64,000 nucleotides of DNA from Eledone cirrhosa (lineage: Eukaryota): contig OZ024741.1 in NCBI GenBank assembly GCA_964016885.1, positions 56,296,001 to 56,360,000 of the forward strand. The letters are read 5' to 3'. Position numbers and translations under genes: made by a program. The number at the start of each line of letters is the position of its first letter. Within the stretch, counting starts at the first letter, position 1. Shown piece by piece: positions 13,101 to 28,100 of the stretch. A model generated the notes under the pieces. That model had not been told where the DNA came from. It made no database searches and was given only the letters and a program-made list of their open reading frames with translations.

Positions 13101-16100
13101 GCTAGAGATTCTACTACCCAGATAAGTAAATTCTACACACTTGAGTGTTGCTGATACTGTTTTGTCTGCGTTAACATGGAGGCTGATACCTCTGACAATG
13201 TTCAAGACTATAGAGAAGGACTATTGCTCGTTAGTGAAATTCTTTTCTAAGAGCCTACACAAGAAAGAGCTAGCAAAGGATGACAAGACAAGACCTATAT
13301 CAACGATTTGTGACAACATAAACAACAATCCCTCTGACTTGCCAAATATGATGAACAATAAAATTTGATGGCAACAGAAAGTCACAGGAATCCATGCAAG
13401 CAGTGCAACCTATTGATTGATAACACATTTGTTACATGTTTCTAATGATAGATTCTACCTATGATTAATAAAACATTTTGAAAATAAAAAAATTGATGGG
13501 ATTTAGTAATATAACTTTCTAAAAGGTTCTAACATAAAATTATGATGGAATTTTTTTCGATAAATATATACATTTTGAAATAAATTTTGTATGAGAGAAC
13601 TAGTGGCAGTTTTAAATGAGTTGGTATCAGAAGGGTCAAGTCAGGACATCAACATTTTCATTTGAATACAATTGAAACTTTGATGTTCTGTCTTAACCCT
13701 TTAGTATTTACATTACTCTATATTTACTATTGTATTTTCATGGTAAAGGCTTTATCTTACATAATTATCTCACATAATATCAAATCTATGAGATTTTGAT
13801 ATTATTTATTTTGAGAACAATACCTTAACATCAGTATGAGAGGCCAATTACAGTTGGTTTGAACAGAAAGAAGTGAGAGAATTCTGGATACAGCCGGTTT
13901 AAATGCTAAAGTCCATATAAACTGATATATTACATGCATTTTATCATGGCACTAGAGAAGACACCATATCTTTGACACAATTGAAGTGTCATCTTGACCC
14001 TTTGAATGGCAAGATTTCTGTGGCTGGATGCCGTTCCTACAATCAACCACTTTACAGAGTGTACTGGGTGCAAATAATTGTAGTATCAATGCATTTTATT
14101 GTGTTAAAAACAATATACCCAGTACAGGACTTCAATTAGGAAGGCTGGAAAGGGAGACCTTTACTCAACTTTTTTATTTTTCAAAAGTAAACTGATTTTC
14201 TTACCATTTCTGGAGGATCTGTGGAAGCTGAATTTTAGTAATTGTTTTAAATTTTAAAACAAAAACTTCCAACATTCTCATAAATAATTCACGGCCCTGA
14301 AAATATGAAAAGAAAAACAAGAGTTGAAAACATTCTGCTAGAAATAGCAACCATATCTCCCTTAAACCATACACTATTGTCTTAAAATAATAAAGGACAT
14401 ACATGTTAGATAATTTAGTCTAATGCCTTAAAAAAGGCAATGGAATTCTCCTTGACCACTGCTAACCTATAACTTAACAATAATATTAAACATTCAAAGT
14501 ATGTTTAAAAATAAACATCCCCCTGCCAAAATGACAGTGTGGCCATAAAAAAAAACGTTCAACTGTTAATGACCTACTTTATAAAGTTGTACATAGTTTC
14601 CATATGGTTGTAAATTTAATAGACTAATTAACAAGTGTTCTGTTTATTTGCAACAGTATACATACATATACACACATGCATGTGTGTGTATATCTATATA
14701 TACATATACACACACAAATACATAGATACAAACATACATTTTCACACACACACACACACAGATGTATATACCTATATATACATACACACAAATACATTCA
14801 CATACATGTATATGAGAAAGAGAAGGAAAATGTTGCTGTTTACATTGCCACTCTCTTGATCGCTCTTGGTCCGAATGCATTCCACAAGATTGAGAAGCAG
14901 TTTGCAGGACATCGTCTGTATACTGCTTGGCAGGGACTCATCATGTACGTTCTTGGCAAAAACATTCACCGCCAAAGAGAGATCATTAAGGGGCAGATTC
15001 TGGCGCACGTGGTGAATCAAGTCAGCTAAAGTACTGTAAGCAAGTGGCCTACAATCAGAGACAAAAAAAATTAATCAGTTGTATTAATAAGAAAATTAAT
15101 TGTATTATTAATTGTAAATAAACCTTATGAATTATCGAAGCACTGGGGAATTTAAAATTATGAAAATAACTGGAATAAGTCGACTACTATAAATAATAGC
15201 TATGAAAATCAGGTAAAATAACCCCAGAAACAGAAAAATGTGATCAGAAGCCTGTCTCTAGGGGCAATTTACCTGATATTTTTAGCTATTATTTATAGTG
15301 ATTGACTTATTACAGCTATTTTCTGCATTTCAGATTCTCACATTTTCTAATTGTATAGTGTTTTTCAATAAAAAAAATAATCATTGAAAAGCATAAAAAA
15401 TAATACATTGAAATAATAGATTAGTAGAATTGGTTGAGTGTTAGACAAAATACTTTCTGGCATTTATGTTTTGAGTTCAAATCCCACCAGAGTCAACTTT
15501 GCATTTCCTCCTTCCGAAGTAAATAAAATAGCTACCAAATAACAAATAATAGAGTGGATATATATGACTAAGCACTTGGAATACGTGATCCAGCATGGAC
15601 ACAGTCCAATGACTGAAACTAGCAGAAGAATAAACAAATATTCAAAATAATATATTATTTTTTTAAGATTTAAAATTTGTAAAATAAAAAACAAAAAATA
15701 TTAATTGAAGAATTCTGAGGTATTTTATGATCAACAGTTTCTACACAGACGTTGAAGCTGAACCGAAAAAATGTTCAACAGGAATCTTCAGTTGTATTAA
15801 AGACACAACTACCTCTCTAGCATTGGTGACATGATAAAACACTCAGTACACACTGTAAACTGGTTGGTGATAAGAAGGGAATCTAGCCATAAAAGCATTG
15901 CCAAACAAAGGGTCAAGAAGACTCATCAATTGTGTTAGACATGAACACCTCCCAAATGATGGTGACATGATAAAACACAACCAGTAAACACTGTAGAGCA
16001 TGAGAAGATATGCAGGCAAGATGCAGCTCTGGCTAAACACTAGATCTCAACAGGGAAAACAGATATTAAATGATGTTGATGATAAACAATAAATGTAGTG

Positions 16101-19100
16101 GCACATTCCATAGTAGTTGAAACATTCATGATGAAAATATGTGGGAAATTAATTGAATTTTAACACCATTCTTAACTCTTAAGATTCTGTAATGATTTAG
16201 CATATCTAAAATAGCTAAAAATGGGTTTATTAATTCAAATGTTTATGGTAGCTTTACTAATGGACAGATTGTTGTGAAAATTGCTGTATTCGAGTAAAGA
16301 TTTCCATTTTTATGTGCTGCAGTCATAGTATTGTTTTGTACTTTTCAATAATGTTTGCTTATGTGGTTTCATGAGGAAAGGATGTTAAGAGTTAAATGAA
16401 TGTGCCACTTTAAAAACTACCTTGGTACATCTTCATTTCTTACTAACCAATGAAAGCGCCTTTGCATGGTCATTAGAAATGGTAGCCAAATCCCCACCTA
16501 CTGTCTTAAAAATAAAACACTTTGAATAATGTAGTGGTAGATATATCAGATGCTCAGATGGGCCAGTGTACCACCATGTGCATTTTATCATGACACCAGC
16601 ATTAGGGAGCTTATATCCTTGACACAGTTGAAAAGTCCTCACAGCCTTTCATTTGGCAGGTTTTCTACAGTTGGATATCCTCCCTACCACCAACTATTTT
16701 ACAGAATGTACTGGGTACATTTATCATGCAATCACCAACACTTATGAGGTTAACTGAAGGGTCCTCCCAACCCTTTTATTTTGTTTTCTATGGCTAGATG
16801 CCCTTCCTGTAGGAGTAATAATTTTATTCCGAGCTGCACTACAGTTGTTTTCTACAGCTATCCTTCACCATTTACTTGCCTTTAACTAAAGCAACAACAT
16901 GAATCTCTCTCAGTCTCTTCTCATGCTCAGAAGGACAAGAGATTTAAATGTTAGATTCTTCATACCCCACTGTAATTAAACCCATGAAACTTTTCCATGA
17001 ACCCTCCTATGTACCAACTGTTGCTGATACAGCTCAACATCAGATAGCTTTGATTTTACCAATATGTAACAACAATGCCACTACCACCACCACAAAACAG
17101 CATTAAGACTACATCACATTAAAAACTTTCACAACAAAGGTACTATAAACGTTTGAAGTAACAAACCTACTTTTAAATATTTCCTGTTAAATCATGACAG
17201 GATGTTAAGTGTTAAACAGTACAAAAACAGACTGTATGTTACATACCTATGAGATTCTTGTGCTGTCCAACCACTGCCAATTACTACATTTTCCTGAAAC
17301 ATTTTTTCAATGCAGGGAACAAATTCTGGAAGGAAAAAAAAATAGGTAAAATGATTTGGTGGTTTGACAAAATATTTATCATATATATAAACCAGTAAAC
17401 ATCAACATTTAACATGTTTTCCCTCCTAGTAAGAGTTGGACAGGTCATCACAGACCAGGTCAGTACTTAGTTTGAGCTTCTAACCTCTCAACAGGTCAGG
17501 GGCAGCATCTCACTTACATACATTGATGCACTTGGCACTAGCACCAGGAAGGTCATCATATCTTTGACACAGCTGAAGACTCATCTTGATCTTTTATTTG
17601 GCAAATTTTCTACAGCTGGATGCCCTTCCCATCGCCAACCATTTTACAGAGTGTACTGGGTGTATCTTATTGTGTCACCAACACTAGAGAAGTTGTTGTG
17701 CCGTTGACAGACCTGAAGAGTCCTCAATATAAATACAACCCATGCTAGAGTGGAAAATGAATATTAAACAATGATGATGACAAATACATTTGGAGAGAAG
17801 GAGGTTGGCAGAATTGTTAGTGTGTAGGATGAAATGCATTGCATATTTCTTTACTGCCCTCTACATTATGGTTTCAAATCCTGCCAAGGTTAACATAGCC
17901 TTTCAAACTTCTGAAGTCAATAACGTAAAATACCAGTCAAGTACTGGGGTCGGTTTCCCCAAAACTTACTGGCCTTGTGCTAAAATTAAAAACCATAATT
18001 TTGTATATACATATTTATAACTTTAGCCAATATATTGGGTCATCCCATAAATAAAGTTTTTTTTTAAATTATATGCAATAAAAGTTGGAGGAGGTGGAAA
18101 TAAACACCTGTATAAACTTGCTATAAAAGCAGCTATTAAGTTCACCTTGTCTTCATTCTTAGTGCAAGCTTTGAAAAGTGCAGTTCGTCTTTTGTTCAGA
18201 AAGCTAATAAACTGATTGGCTCCAAACAAAAATCCCTTGTGATAACTATTCTGTCTTAGTTGCACAAAACCTATAGTTCACAAAATGTTATATTACCAAA
18301 TAAGGGACTGCATCAATAAAACATTGAAACATTGTTAACTAACTATAATGATTTCTAATTTAGGCATAAGGCCAGAAATTTGTGGGAAGGAAAAAGTCAA
18401 TTATATTGACTCCAGTACTTAACTGGAACTTTATTTTATTGACCTAAGAAGGATGAAAAGCAAAATTTTTTGTGACAGGATTTTAACTCGGGACATAGAA
18501 AGTTGTAACTAAATACTGCTAAGTATTTTGTCTGACATTCTACAGATACTGCCAACTTACTAGCTCCTTAACAACATACAAAACATGGACCACATCTATG
18601 ATGAAAAAGAAAAAAAAGACAAAGTAAAACAGGTTGACTTACTGTTGCGTAGATCAGTGGTGAGTATGTGGCGTGCGGCAATCAATAGTTCCTTGCGTAA
18701 ATGAGCAACCTCAGGCGGACACAGTGTAAACAAACCAAGCAGTCCTTGTACCAACTGTTGGGAATTCTGGGATACTTGATCCTATAGGTATTTAAAGATT
18801 GCAAATGAGCCATTATTAAATACAAAACTATTTAGAAGTAATATATTTTTCAATGCCTATATGGTTCGATTAATTTTGAAAACAAAAAATTTGCAGGAAT
18901 TTAATAAAATAACTAATGTTTTCATTACTAAACTGATGTTAAAATTTTCTTACATAAAATGATATTGAAAGATTTTAATATGAGTACAAATGTATCAAAA
19001 GGGTTAAACCAGCCCTTGATAACTCTCAGATGGTGGTATTTGTTTGGTTGGTTGTTTTAACACAAAGAAAATCATGAAAAGACCAAAATTTGCTAAATTT

Positions 19101-22100
19101 TACATTAAACTGAAAATTATAAATTTAAAAAAATTAAAATTTGAATCAGTTTAACTCTTTTGGAGACAAAAACCTACTAATGTTTCTAAACAGAGAAAAA
19201 TGAAACTATTTTTATAACAGACAAAAGAGAATGAGAAAGCTTATTAAAAATCCTGTAAAAATATCTCTTTATAGAGAACTAGCAGTAAAGCCCGGCGTTG
19301 CTCGGGGTCGCTCAGTAGCTGTGTTAAAGTTACAATGTTAAGTTTCTTTTTTGGCTTAAAAACTGTAGTGTCTACTGTGCAGACTTGCATGTGGTGTTTT
19401 TGATTAATATTCCCTCAAACAACAATATGCCTTATGAAGTTAAGAAAACATAACGATAACCCGAATGTTATAACAAAAGAGGATGCTGGGGATAAAAACT
19501 GCACTGGTTATTTATTAACAAAGATCGAAAATGTAAACACTGCAACGCAGATAAAAACATTAGCGTAACCAAATTATCAGTTATGTCTGTCTGCACGCCT
19601 ATATCACCTCTCTGCACGACTGTCTGTCTGCACGCCTATATCACCTCTCTGCACGACTGTCTGTCTGCACGCCTATATCACCTCTCTGCACGACTGTCTG
19701 TCTGCACGCGTATATCACCTCTCTGCACGCCTAACGACGAAATATTTGCTTGTTTTACGTAGTCTTTAAATAGACTTTCAAGTAAAAATATTGTTTTAAA
19801 ATGCTTTTAAATGGAAATGAAGCAAAACGGAAGCTTAGTGTTCGAACTGATGAATTTTGCAGGTCAATATTTTGCTGGCTCGACAACTGTTCGTGTATTG
19901 TGTTAATGTCATTTTAAACGCTGAGAAAGCCTGCGTAATTTTTTACGTAAGACGCTCAATGTAAACAGAACAAAGGGAAATAACTGATAACTTACGCTCA
20001 AAAATCGATACATTATATTCGATTTCGTCACATAGGGTGGGTCAATTTGAAATATTTTTTTTCCGATGTCTTCGCTAGGGCTCAATGTACAAGTATAGCA
20101 ATTTCGGTGCAATTCCGTGAGAGATTCTAAGAGGAGATGTGTGCCAAAAATCGATAGACAGACAGACAACCACAGTTTTATATATATAGATGTTCTGTAA
20201 AGTGATAGGAAGGGCATCCAACCATAGAAAACCTACCAAAGAACCCATCAACTGTGCTAAACACATGACCACTTCCCCTGGTGTTGGTGATTTACACAAT
20301 AAATGCACCCAGTACACTTTGTAAAGTGGTTAGTGATAGTTCTCTCTAATCTTTAATAATCAGTATGCATGCATTGAATGTATAACAAATATATCTATTA
20401 TGGACGCTCAGCGACAATGCCAAAGATAAAGACAAATTCACCTCGTGGACGAGAATGCAAGCACTCCGCCTTGTTTCGGCCCAGGATGGCTAACATAACC
20501 CCCCCCCCTCCCCCCCGCTCCCACCCTCCAAACGCAATCCAAAACTTCAGAGTTGGTACCATGAATGTAGGCACCTTAAAGGGTCGCTCTAACGAGGTTG
20601 TAGAAATGCTTGAACGTAAGGAGGTCGATGTTTGTTGTATTCAAGAGACCAGGTGGCGGGGAGGGTCGGCTAGATTCATCGTGGGTAAAGAACGATGCTA
20701 TAAGCTTTTCTGGGTGGGAAATGACAATGGGTTGGGTGGGGTAGGAATCATGGTAGCAGAAAAGTGGGCAGATAAGATAATAGACGTAAATAGAGTGAAC
20801 GACAGAATAATTAAAATAAGACTTGTCCTCAATAAAACTACGGTGACAGTAATATCTGCGTACGCACCACAATCCGGACTGCCCGGTGCTATAAAAGACA
20901 GATTCTACGAGACACTGATGCTCGCTACCTCCCAAATAACCGACAGTGACTATATAGTTATTGCAGGCGACCTAAATGGTCACGTTGGACAACATTGTGA
21001 CGGCTATGACGGAATCCATGGAGGCTATGGGTTCGGTACTAGAAATGAGGAAGGCTCCAGAATCCTGCAATTCTGCGACGCAAATAACTTAACTCTCTGT
21101 AACACTAACTTCAAAAAACGAGACAATCACTTGATCACCTATAGATCGGGGGAACACACAAGCCAGGTAGATTATATCCTTACCAGAAGACGTGACAGAG
21201 TGTCTGTTGTTAACACTAAATCCCTCCCCCATGAAGAATTCACCTCCCAACATAGACTGATAATTAGCGACCTCATAGTCAGGACGAGACGTACTAGACA
21301 GCGGAAGAGGACTATCCTCAGGAGAAAAATATGGAAGCTAAAGGACCCCATAGCCAGAAATAAATTTCAAAGCATATTACTTGACGCTTTCGACAGTAAG
21401 GAAGAGCAATTAGAGTCGTATAATATAGAGGAACAGTGGGAATTCCTGAGAGCAAACCTGCTGACGGCGGCAGACGAAGTCTGTGGCTGGAGCAGGCCTG
21501 TAGGTAGGAGGAGAGTAACATGGTGGTGGAACAGTAAGGTGGAGGAGTCAATTAAGGCCAAAAGGCAGGCTTGGAAAGCATGGCGGGATGGGGGAAGTAG
21601 AGAAGACTATCAAGTGGCCAGGAGGGAAGCACCATGGTCACCCGGTGGGACACACCATGGTCACCCGGATAGTTAACCAAGTCGTACAGAATGGGGTTGT
21701 TCCGAAGGACTGGCGTAGCAGCATCATCGTTAACTGCTATAAGGGAAAAGGAGATGCCCTAGATAGGAGTAACTATAGAGGCATTAAATTAATCGACCAG
21801 GTCATGAAGGTCACGGAAAAAGTAATAGCGCAACTAATCAGAGAGAGAATTGATCTAGATGAAATGCAGTTCGGATTTGTGTCAGGCAAAAGTACCACAG
21901 ACGCTCTTTTCATTGTACGACAACTACAGGAGAAGTACCTAGCTAAAAGTAAACCCCTATACTTAGCTTTCGTCGACTTGGAGAAAGCCTTCGACAGAGT
22001 CCCCCGTTCCATTATCTGGTGGTCTCTTAGAAAACTAGGTGTTGACGAATGGCTTGTGAGAGCTATACAAGCCATGTATAAAGAAACAGTCAGTAAGGTT

Positions 22101-25100
22101 AGAATTAACAACGAATATAGTGAAGAGTTTAGCGTAAAAGTTGGTGTCCATCAGGGCTCTGTTCTTAGCCCCCTACTATTTATTATTGCCCTTCAGGCTA
22201 TAACAGAGGAGTTCAAGACCGGCTGCCCATGGGAACTCCTATACGCAGATGATCTAACGCTCATAGCTGAATCAATGACCGAACTAGAGAAGAAATTCCA
22301 AACATGGAAGCACGGCCTAGAATCAAAAGGCCTTAAAATTAACCTGGCTAAGACTAAAGTTCTAGTTTGTAGGAAAGAAAATAAGGCAGCAGTCCCATCT
22401 GGGAAATGGCCATGCTCAGTGTGTAGGAAAGGCGTAGGTAGAAACTCCATTTTATGTCCCAAATGCAAAGTATGGGTGCATAAAAGATGTAGTGGGATCA
22501 CAGGTAAGCTAACTAAGAACATAGATTTTACATGTGGCCGGTGCTCTGGTGCAATAAGTAGCAGCAAGTGCCCACAAAATACTAGCTCCTTCAACTGCGC
22601 AGAGGGTTCTATAGAAATAGTGGACAGCTTCCGTTACCTGGGTGACAAAATCAGCAGTGGGGGAGGGTGCTCTGAAAGTACAGTAGCTAGAGTCAGAACT
22701 GGATGGAAAAAGTTCAGAGAGCTTATACCACTATTAGCCGCTAGAGGGTTCTCCCTAAAAATGAAAGGCAGGTTATACGATGCCTGCATACGAACAGCAA
22801 TGCTGCATGGCAGTGAGACCTGGGCATTGTGTGCAGAGGATATACGCAGACTAGAGAGGAACGAAGCTTGCATGCTCCGCTGGATGTGCAATAGTAATAT
22901 ACGTGAACGGCAAAGCATAAACGAACTAAGGAAAAAATTAGAAATAAGAGGGATCAGATGTTGTTTACTCGAGAGAAGGCTACGTTGGTACGGTCACGTG
23001 ATGCGCATGAAAGACGACAGCTGTATAACAAAGTGCAGGGCAATAAAGATAGACGGTAGCCATGGAGTAGGCAGACCCAGAAAAACATGGGACGAGCTGA
23101 TAAATTCCGACCTCACACGCTTACACCTCTCCAAGACAATGTCACTGGACCGAGACCTTTGGCGGTACTCAGTAATAGAGAAGACCTGCCTTACCTAAAT
23201 ACAAAGTAAAAATCTACTACAGTCAGTAGGCATCTCTATCAAAACACACCCCCGTCCCACCACCTCCACCCCATCCACACCGCCCCTTTCAATGTAAAGT
23301 TATGTTGGTCCCACAACATCCAGGCCGAAACAAATGAGATCGTGTAGGTGTCACGACAAAAAAAACACACAGTCCACGCTGTGAATGTGGCCGTGTAGGC
23401 AACACGGTAAAAACCTCCCAGCCCCACACTGTAAATGTGGTTGGTGTTAGGAAGGGCATCCAGCTGTAGAAAACCCGCCAGACAGTCCACGCTGTAATGT
23501 GGCCGTGTAGGCAACACGGTAAAAACCTCCCAGCCCCACACTGTAAATGTGGTTGGTGTCAAGAAGGGCATCCAACTGTAGAAAACCCGCCAGACAGTCC
23601 TATGCGAGCAAGACAACCACTCTTGCCTCAAGTGGGAAAACCCCCGTCCAAACCCATGCAAGCGTGGAACACGGACGCTAAACCTGATGATGATGATGAG
23701 TTACATGATTTTAAGCAATCAGCTTTTTGTGTACACAATAATTTCTTTTGTGCACACAGCTTAGCAGGAACACAGTGTAAGTGGGTGAGCATCCCAGACA
23801 TGTACACCATTAACATAGTTCTCAGAGATTTAGCATGAAACAATGTGTGACAAGGCTACAACTCATTTTTGTCAGCTGAGTGGACTGGGGCAATGTAAAA
23901 TAAAGATTCTTACTCAAGGATACAACACACAGCCATGTCCAGGAATTGAACTCACAAATTGTGGGCTGAGCACTCTGGGAACAAAGTTAGATTTTCTAAG
24001 GTTGCTGGCATGATAGTGACTGAATCAATATCAGGATAATTATTGGTTGTAATTTTATGAACCCAACTCAAGAAGGATAAAATACAATGATGATCTAAAC
24101 AGATTTTGATTGGACACAACTGAATGCTGTAAAGTATTTAGACAACCACTCTACTGAGTACGACATACTTAACACTTATTGACCTGTACCACATGAAACC
24201 GCATTAATGATAGTTTTAAAAAATACAAAACAGCATTATGACTGCATCTCCTTAAAAATAGAAGTCTTCACTCACTAATACAGCAATTTTTCCTAATGAC
24301 CTGTCCACCAGTAAAGATGCTACAAATATGTGAATTAAACTTGTTTTATATATTTTTTTCTAAATCCTTACACGAGGTTTAAGAGTTAACTAAACTATAT
24401 TATTTAAATGTTTTAAAATATTAAATTCAAAACACAACAAAGAATAATATAAAAAGTTTGTTTTAATTACTTGGTAAGATTTGATGATATATGCAAGAAA
24501 AGACAGGGTTTTGATCTGGGCACCAATGAAGTCAACAAACACTTCCTTGTTGAAAGCTGGGTTGTTGCTGAAATGGAGTAAAATTAAATATGAATACAGA
24601 AGAAACATTATCAGAATTTTCAACTAAAAGGAGGAGGCAATGTTATTGGTCTCCAGTACTTGACAGTCTTGGTGGAACCCATCCCTCTCTGGGTCTAAAC
24701 ACAGCTGATTTCTGAGAAAGTAGCAGGAGTAGGAAGAATCAACCCCAGTACTGGACTATTATTTTGTTTATTGACCTCAAAAGAATGAAGGACAAAGTTG
24801 GCTGAAACAAATACCGCAAAGCATCCTATCCAATGTTCTAATGACAGCCAATTCACCACTCATGTAAAGATACTATAAACATTTGAAACCCATTTTTAGA
24901 TGTTTTCTGCTAAATCACGATAGGATGCTAAATGTTAAGGTAAATATCAACATTTATTTTATGTAACATTCTAACATTTTCCAGATTAGGTAGATGAACT
25001 GAATTAATGTAGAGATAGGTTTCTGAACAGAAACACAAATGGACAAGAATTAAATTATCTGCTAATCTATAACAGAATTATCCCAACATAGTCTGGTCCC

Positions 25101-28100
25101 TACAAATAAGTGTGAACTGTAGTAATGCAGAATATTATGTGTTTTATAGCGAAACATCACAGGAACATCACAGGGATGATGAGAGTAACCATCCTCTGCA
25201 TATTATACCGGCCTATCACAGCTTACATTCCAAGATGATCTGGTATCTATTTCTACAGACAGCAGGATGTGAACTGAAAAAACTGTAAAAAAGTGTGATG
25301 TAAACTGCCAAGGAAAAAACACATCTGTAATTTGGTTGATCTTAGGAACGACATCCAGCCATGGAAACAATACCAAATATGAAATATATGAACAAGATGA
25401 GGTTGTTCAGACCTGCCTGGACTGTGATTGACAACCTGTTCAATCCAAGTCACCTATTCCTACAAACAGCAAGATATGAAATGAAAGTAATATAGGATAA
25501 AGTTCTCAGACCAAAACTTCAATGGAGAACCACCAGTACATTTGAACTATAGACTAAAAACCTAGTCATCACTCGTAATCGAGTATGACTTGGTAATATG
25601 TATCATGCTTTTTCTAAGTGTTTTAGAGGGTGACTATGTCTGCTGCAAGCAGACACAGTCACCCTCACAAATCTCACTCAATTGATCCAGGATGTGACAA
25701 CTGGAAAGAGAAAAGTCTGCACCAGCACTAGGCTTGTACTTTCTTTATGAATGGATGAAAAACAAATATCTAATGCTCTAATGACTGCCTTGATATAATT
25801 AAACCACTAGTGTTCACTGGTTCCACTAAGTTTAAACTGCGGAATACAACAGTAGATTATGTGTAGATAAATTTTTGTGTGAATCTTTTAGATTAAACAT
25901 ATTTAGCAATTTAAAAATAAAATCAACCATGAAAGGATGAAAAGCAAAGTAATACATAGTGGGATTTAAACTCAGAATGTGGAAACCCAGACCAAATGCT
26001 CGTCTAAATCAACCACCTTCGATTTCAACTAACACATATCTATTGAGCAGATATCATATGTAGGTGAGGAAAAGAAAGCAACTCACCGAAGTTGGGCTTG
26101 AGGCTGAAGCGTGATAGTGTTCATTATGAGAGGTATAAGTTCTGAGACATCGTAGTCAACATTAGGTTTATAGATCTGGTACATCAGAACCACAATAATG
26201 GGAAGCTCGGCAAGGACTTTGAGGGAGAGAACAGCTCGTGGAATTATGTTGTACTGAAAATAGAAACAAAACAAAATACAGACACATGCAGGGTTAAATG
26301 ATTTGGTTTCACATAAGTGACATTTAGTGATTTTGTGCATTCTGGTGTAACATGTAGACAGGTTTTGTTTTCTTGTCTCATTTTCAGACAATGTGTATAT
26401 GTACAGAGTGTGGTCTGGTGTGATGGACTCTTTATCAGTTTTGGAAATGAACATTCCGTTGTTCAACCATCTTGATCATTAAATTAATGTATAAATGGTT
26501 GAGTATTCCATAAACACATAACATAATTCTCAGGCAATCTGTAAGAGAGAAGACAGCACTGGTGTGGACATGTGATGTGTATGAATGCTGATCATTAGGT
26601 AAAAAAGTGCCAAGAGACTCTGGTGGAAGGAAGCTGCAACAGTAAAAGACCAAAGACATGGGCAGAAGTGGTGAGAACAGATCTCAAACTGCTGAACCTC
26701 GAAGAGATGAGAGAGGAACACAATGAATGGAGGGAAGAGACACTGGAAAAAACTCAGCCAACCAATGCAGATATAGAAAAGTAGACATAAAATGATGATG
26801 GATCAGCATGACATCTTTGTGACATGGCTAGATCATTGAATTGCTGATACAATCCATCCAATGAGTTTCCATAGTTTCCATCCACCCAATTTTACTAACA
26901 GGCATGGGTAAAAGAAAGCAGCTTGCTGAACATGACATGTAGTGGAATTGAACTTATAACTCATGATTGTGAATCAAACTTATTAACCACTCAGCATCTG
27001 ATCTAACATATGGACATGTAAACTATGCAGTTTGGTGTAACATACAAACATGTAAACAATATGGTTTAGTATAACATACAAACATGTAGGCAATATGGTT
27101 TGGTATAACATGTAGACATATATGATCAGGCCAAGCTGAATGTATACATATCTGTATGCAAGTAATAGAATAGAAGCTGAAGGAAAGAAGAATTAGAGAG
27201 ATATAGGTGAGTAAAAGTGGGAGGAATAACAACAAAGACGAGCAACAACTAAATAAACTTACTGATACGCTTTGATTGTCAGCATTTTTTTTGTCTGTTA
27301 TAATAGTGGTCACTGTGAAAATCTCTTGAAGATAAACATCAACATTTACTTCTGTGATGTCTTTCACTTTTATCTGCTGTCGGGGCTCAAATATCTTGTG
27401 TAAATAATTGGGCAAGTTAGCGTATATCTTCTTCACAAACTGTAAAAACCCTTGAATCTGAAAACAAACACAAAACATACATTTATACATGTATATAGAG
27501 AAAGTACATTAAGGTGGACATAAAATGATAATAATGATACACACAGTATTCTAAAGCTGTGTTCTCAGCTGTTTTCCAGTGTTCCAGCTTTTCTATATTT
27601 CTAAATATTTCAACTCACTTGATGTTTCAATGTTTATTACAAAATGTTATCAAATAGAAAAGCTTATATTTAGCATTATAAAAGATGGTAACTGTTGACA
27701 GGTTGTTTAACTCAATGGTACAGAGCACTCAGCTGAAATTTGAGAGGTACAGAGTTCAATTCACTGTAGTGGCTGCTGGCTAAATTTCTAAGCATATCAT
27801 TATCATTTAACATGTTTTCCCTACTAGCCAGGGTATAGGGCATGTTTCCAACCAAGTCAGTATTTAATTAGAGCTACTGACCTCTCAGATGGGCTGGGAG
27901 CCTACTTCCTGCTTACATATGTTATTGGACTCTCCTGAATGTATCCACAGAGAACATAATCAATAATTGTCATGTCTGGCAACCTTGGTGGTCATTCAAC
28001 TAGAACTTATCTCATGTTCTACCTTCCTTTCATCTCAATCACTCCTCACACTAACAACAAATTATGGTAGAGTACAATCTAGCTGAAACCACTTTTTTTA

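Larger units (their letters stand above)
20400..23699 (+). mobile_element. RTE-clade LINE, near full length but internally deleted and frameshifted; antisense in a TRRAP intron
   Basis: AP endonuclease motifs (TMNVGTL, CIQETRW, SAYAPQ, GDLNGHVG, QVDYIL, QHRL) and RT motifs (NYRGIKL, QFGF, FVDLEKAFD, GVHQGSVLSP, YADD, FRYLG); 3' UTR ends (GAT)n; 5' boundary approximate. Confidence 0.93.

Noticed and set aside
20576-22918. Several 60-130 aa minus-strand ORFs
   Set aside because: They are shadow ORFs antisense to the RTE coding sequence.
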